NCBI GenBank assembly: GCA_019115485.1
Contig: DXDM01000017.1
Location: 1,789-65,788 of the forward strand
DNA length: 64,000 nt
Direction of reading: 5' to 3'
DNA from: Candidatus Barnesiella excrementavium
GTDB lineage: Bacteria > Bacteroidota > Bacteroidia > Bacteroidales > Barnesiellaceae
Part shown: piece after piece, positions 61,257 to 64,000 of the stretch
Numbering within the stretch: position 1 is the first letter of the stretch
Layout of the letters: each line of letters starts with the position of its first letter
Translations under genes and position numbers: made by a program
Notes under the pieces: generated by a model
The model's input: the letters and a program-made list of their open reading frames with translations, nothing else
The model's database searches: none
What the model was told of the DNA's origin: nothing

Positions 61257-64000
61257 GTCGTGCGGAGTTTCATATCAATCCAACTCGAAACAAGAAATGA
61301 AAAAGATAGCTAAAAACTTGACCGACCTCATCGGGAACACGCCCCTGTTGGAGCTCTCGAACTACAACCGCAAGCACGAGTTGGGGGCTACGGTCATTGC
61401 CAAATTGGAGTATTTCAATCCTGCCGGCAGTGTGAAAGACCGCATCGCTCTGGCCATGATCGACGATGCCGAGCGGCGGGGTGTGTTGAAACCGCATGCC
61501 ACCCTCATCGAACCCACCAGCGGCAACACCGGTGTGGGTCTGGCCTTCGTCGCCGCCGCCCGGGGGTATCACCTGATACTCACCATGCCCGAGACCATGA
61601 GCCTCGAACGGCGCAACCTGCTCAAAGCTCTGGGAGCGCAACTGGTGCTCACCCCGGGAGCCGAGGGCATGACGGGTGCGATAAAGAGAGCTCAGGAGCT
61701 TAACGAGCAGATCGAGGGCAGTGTCATCTTGCAGCAGTTTGAGAACCCGGCCAACCCGGCGGCTCACGTAGCGACAACTGCCGAAGAGATTTGGCGCGAC
61801 ACCGCAGGCGAGGTCGACATCTTCGTGGCCGGAGCCGGTACGGGAGGCACGGTGAGCGGTGTGGGCAAGGGATTGAAAAGCCACAACCCGGCCATCAGGA
61901 TTGTAGCGGTAGAACCGGCCGGTTCGCCTGTGCTGTCGGGTGGGAAACCCGGACCGCACCAGCTGCAAGGCATCGGGGCCGGATTCGTACCCAAGACCTA
62001 CGACGCCTCGGTGGTCGACGAGGTGATTCCCGTCGGCGACGACGACGCTATCCGCACCAGCCGCGAACTCACCGCTACCGAAGGCATGCTGGTGGGTATC
62101 TCGTCGGGGGCTGCCGCCTGGGCTGCTACCCAGCTGGCCCGACGTCCCGAGAACCGAGGCAAGAATATCGTGGTGCTGCTGCCCGATACCGGCGAGCGAT
62201 ACCTCTCGACCGTCCTCTACGACTTCGAGGGATACAAACTTTGATTCAGACCCGAAGGCCGTCCTACCCCATCTTGATACGGCGAAGCCTTCCGTCCCTT
62301 CATAACCGAAAAAATCCCTGGGAACCCGTCGGGTGGCCAGGGATTTTTCGTATGCCTCTGAAAACGGAAGCGGTTATTCTCAAACACAACGGCCGCTACG
62401 GGCTATCAGTTCTCGCAGACGGGTGTTGAATTCCCCCTCGGCCAACAACTGCTCAATCGACAGGTGCATGCGGTAGCGCCAGTAATGGTGCGGACAGGCC
62501 GGTATGTTGATGCGCTCCTCGTCGGGATTCTTCCGACGCAGGCGGCCGTCGATGGAGAGCCAGTCCTGTAAGGGCAATATGGCCAGCATCGAGGGAGCCG
62601 AGAGGTTGAGCGCTACAATACGTTCGCATATCCACGGTTCGCAAGTAGCCGGTGCAGTCCCCTCCTCGCCCAACACCTGGTTGAAATAGTGCTGGGTGCG
62701 CACGGGGTCCTCCTTCCACCAGCTTCGTATGCCCGACATGTCGTGGGTCGAGGTGGTGCAGACCGACCGCACAGGGTAACGGCTCACATCGCCAAACTCG
62801 CAATTCCACGCCTTGGGCATACGCTGTATTTCGAGCGAGAGAATCTGCAACTGCTCCATCACCTCGGGCACGCAGGCAGGTATCATGCCCAGGTCTTCGC
62901 CACACACCAGCATATCGGTCGAGGCCACAAGTACGGGCAGTTTGCGCAGCGCCTCGGCCTTCCAGAAATCGTTGTGCCGCCAATAGAAGAAATCCTCGTA
63001 GAGGCGGTCGAAACAACCCCGCTGCTCCTCGTCGAGCGCCCGGTAGGCCTGGGTGCGACTGCCCAGAATGCGGGGGTGATAATATCCCGGCTTATCGGGG
63101 TCTTCGAGGAAGAGTACCTCGTCGAGCAACTTCAACAAGCCGTCGCGTATCAGTACGTTCATCTCGTCGTCAGCCCCGGCAAAGTAGTCGACCACCTTGC
63201 GTTGGGTATTCATCATCACGTTCAGGTCCCAACGGCCGTTCCCCTTGTTGACCAGGAAGCGACTCTTCACCTCATCGGTATAGGGCCCGAAGAGGTCGGC
63301 CAACGACTCCTCGCGCACATAGGGCACGGTCTGCCAAGAGGCATCGAAATGGAATCCCCGCTGCGCCAACTCGTCGGGCGAGAGCGGCATGGCCGAATGG
63401 AAATGGCCCAACAGCCCGTGAACGGCATCGAGCGGAATCTCCCAAATGCGGAAGAAGCCCAAGATGTGGTCGATGCGATAGGCATCGAAATAGTCGGACA
63501 TCTTGCGCAGGCGGGCTTTCCACCAGGCATACCCGTCGCGGGCCATCACCTCCCAGTCGTAGGTGGGAAATCCCCAGTTCTGCCCCTCGACAGAGAAGTC
63601 GTCGGGGGGAGCTCCGGCCTGACAGTTCAGCCGAAAGAGGTCGGGATTGACCCACGCATCGACGCTGTGACGGCTGATGCCGATGGGGATATCGCCCTTC
63701 AACACAACCCCGGCCCGGTGGGCATACTCGCGCACATCGGCCAGTTGCAGATGCAGATGATACTGTATGTAATAGTAAAGGGCAACCGACCGATACCAGG
63801 GGCTCCACACGGCACAGTAGTCGGCAATCATCGACTCGTCGTAGCTGGCAAACTCGCCCCAGCGGGTAAAGTCGGCCGTGCCGAAACGGTCGCGCAGGCT
63901 GCTATATGCCGCATAGGGCTGCAACCAGAAGCGGTTCTCCCGGAAGAAGCTCTTGAATCCTTCGCTGGCAAGCGTCTCTTCGCCCTGCTCGTCGAACAAC

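Overview
This looks like a chromosomal segment from a Bacteroidales (Bacteroidota) genome. The evidence is a SusC/SusD pair, a hybrid two-component (HTCS) regulator, T9SS C-terminal sorting domains, and TAnnTTTG-type -7 promoter boxes in front of many genes. I support about 50 tightly packed protein-coding genes, most of them housekeeping. They include a DEAD-box helicase, a RelA-type RSH, sdaA, the rpsF-rpsR-rplI operon, the agmatine-to-putrescine pathway (aguA/aguB), dCMP deaminase, an S41 and an M16 peptidase, purL-purF, etfBA plus an acyl-CoA dehydrogenase, an ALDH, nfo, cysK, and a partial malQ. I recognised no rRNA, tRNA, CRISPR array, transposase, integrase or phage gene. The one accessory-looking block is a comparatively AT-rich polysaccharide utilisation locus of about 18 kb (29.4-47.5 kb). 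It is an 8-gene minus-strand operon divergent from the HTCS regulator. Its largest enzyme-like proteins are two paralogous beta-sandwich + alpha/alpha-toroid proteins that I cannot place in any named CAZyme family, and one of them, plus a PA14 protein, carries a T9SS sorting domain. This is my best candidate for something undescribed, but it needs HMM and structure searches. Other points worth a second look are a textbook sigma-54 (-24/-12) promoter with a tandem 20-bp repeat in front of the Hsp20 gene, a MATE transporter pseudogene with a large internal deletion, a PurF whose N-terminal nucleophile Cys is replaced by Gly, a RIC/ScdA-like protein lacking metal ligands next to a pseudo-receiver LuxR regulator, and a DUF2148 ferredoxin-like gene translationally coupled to aguA. 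Many of the longest ORFs in the track (up to 894 aa) are antisense shadows of real genes and are rejected. All family names come from reading motifs by eye, and no database search was run.
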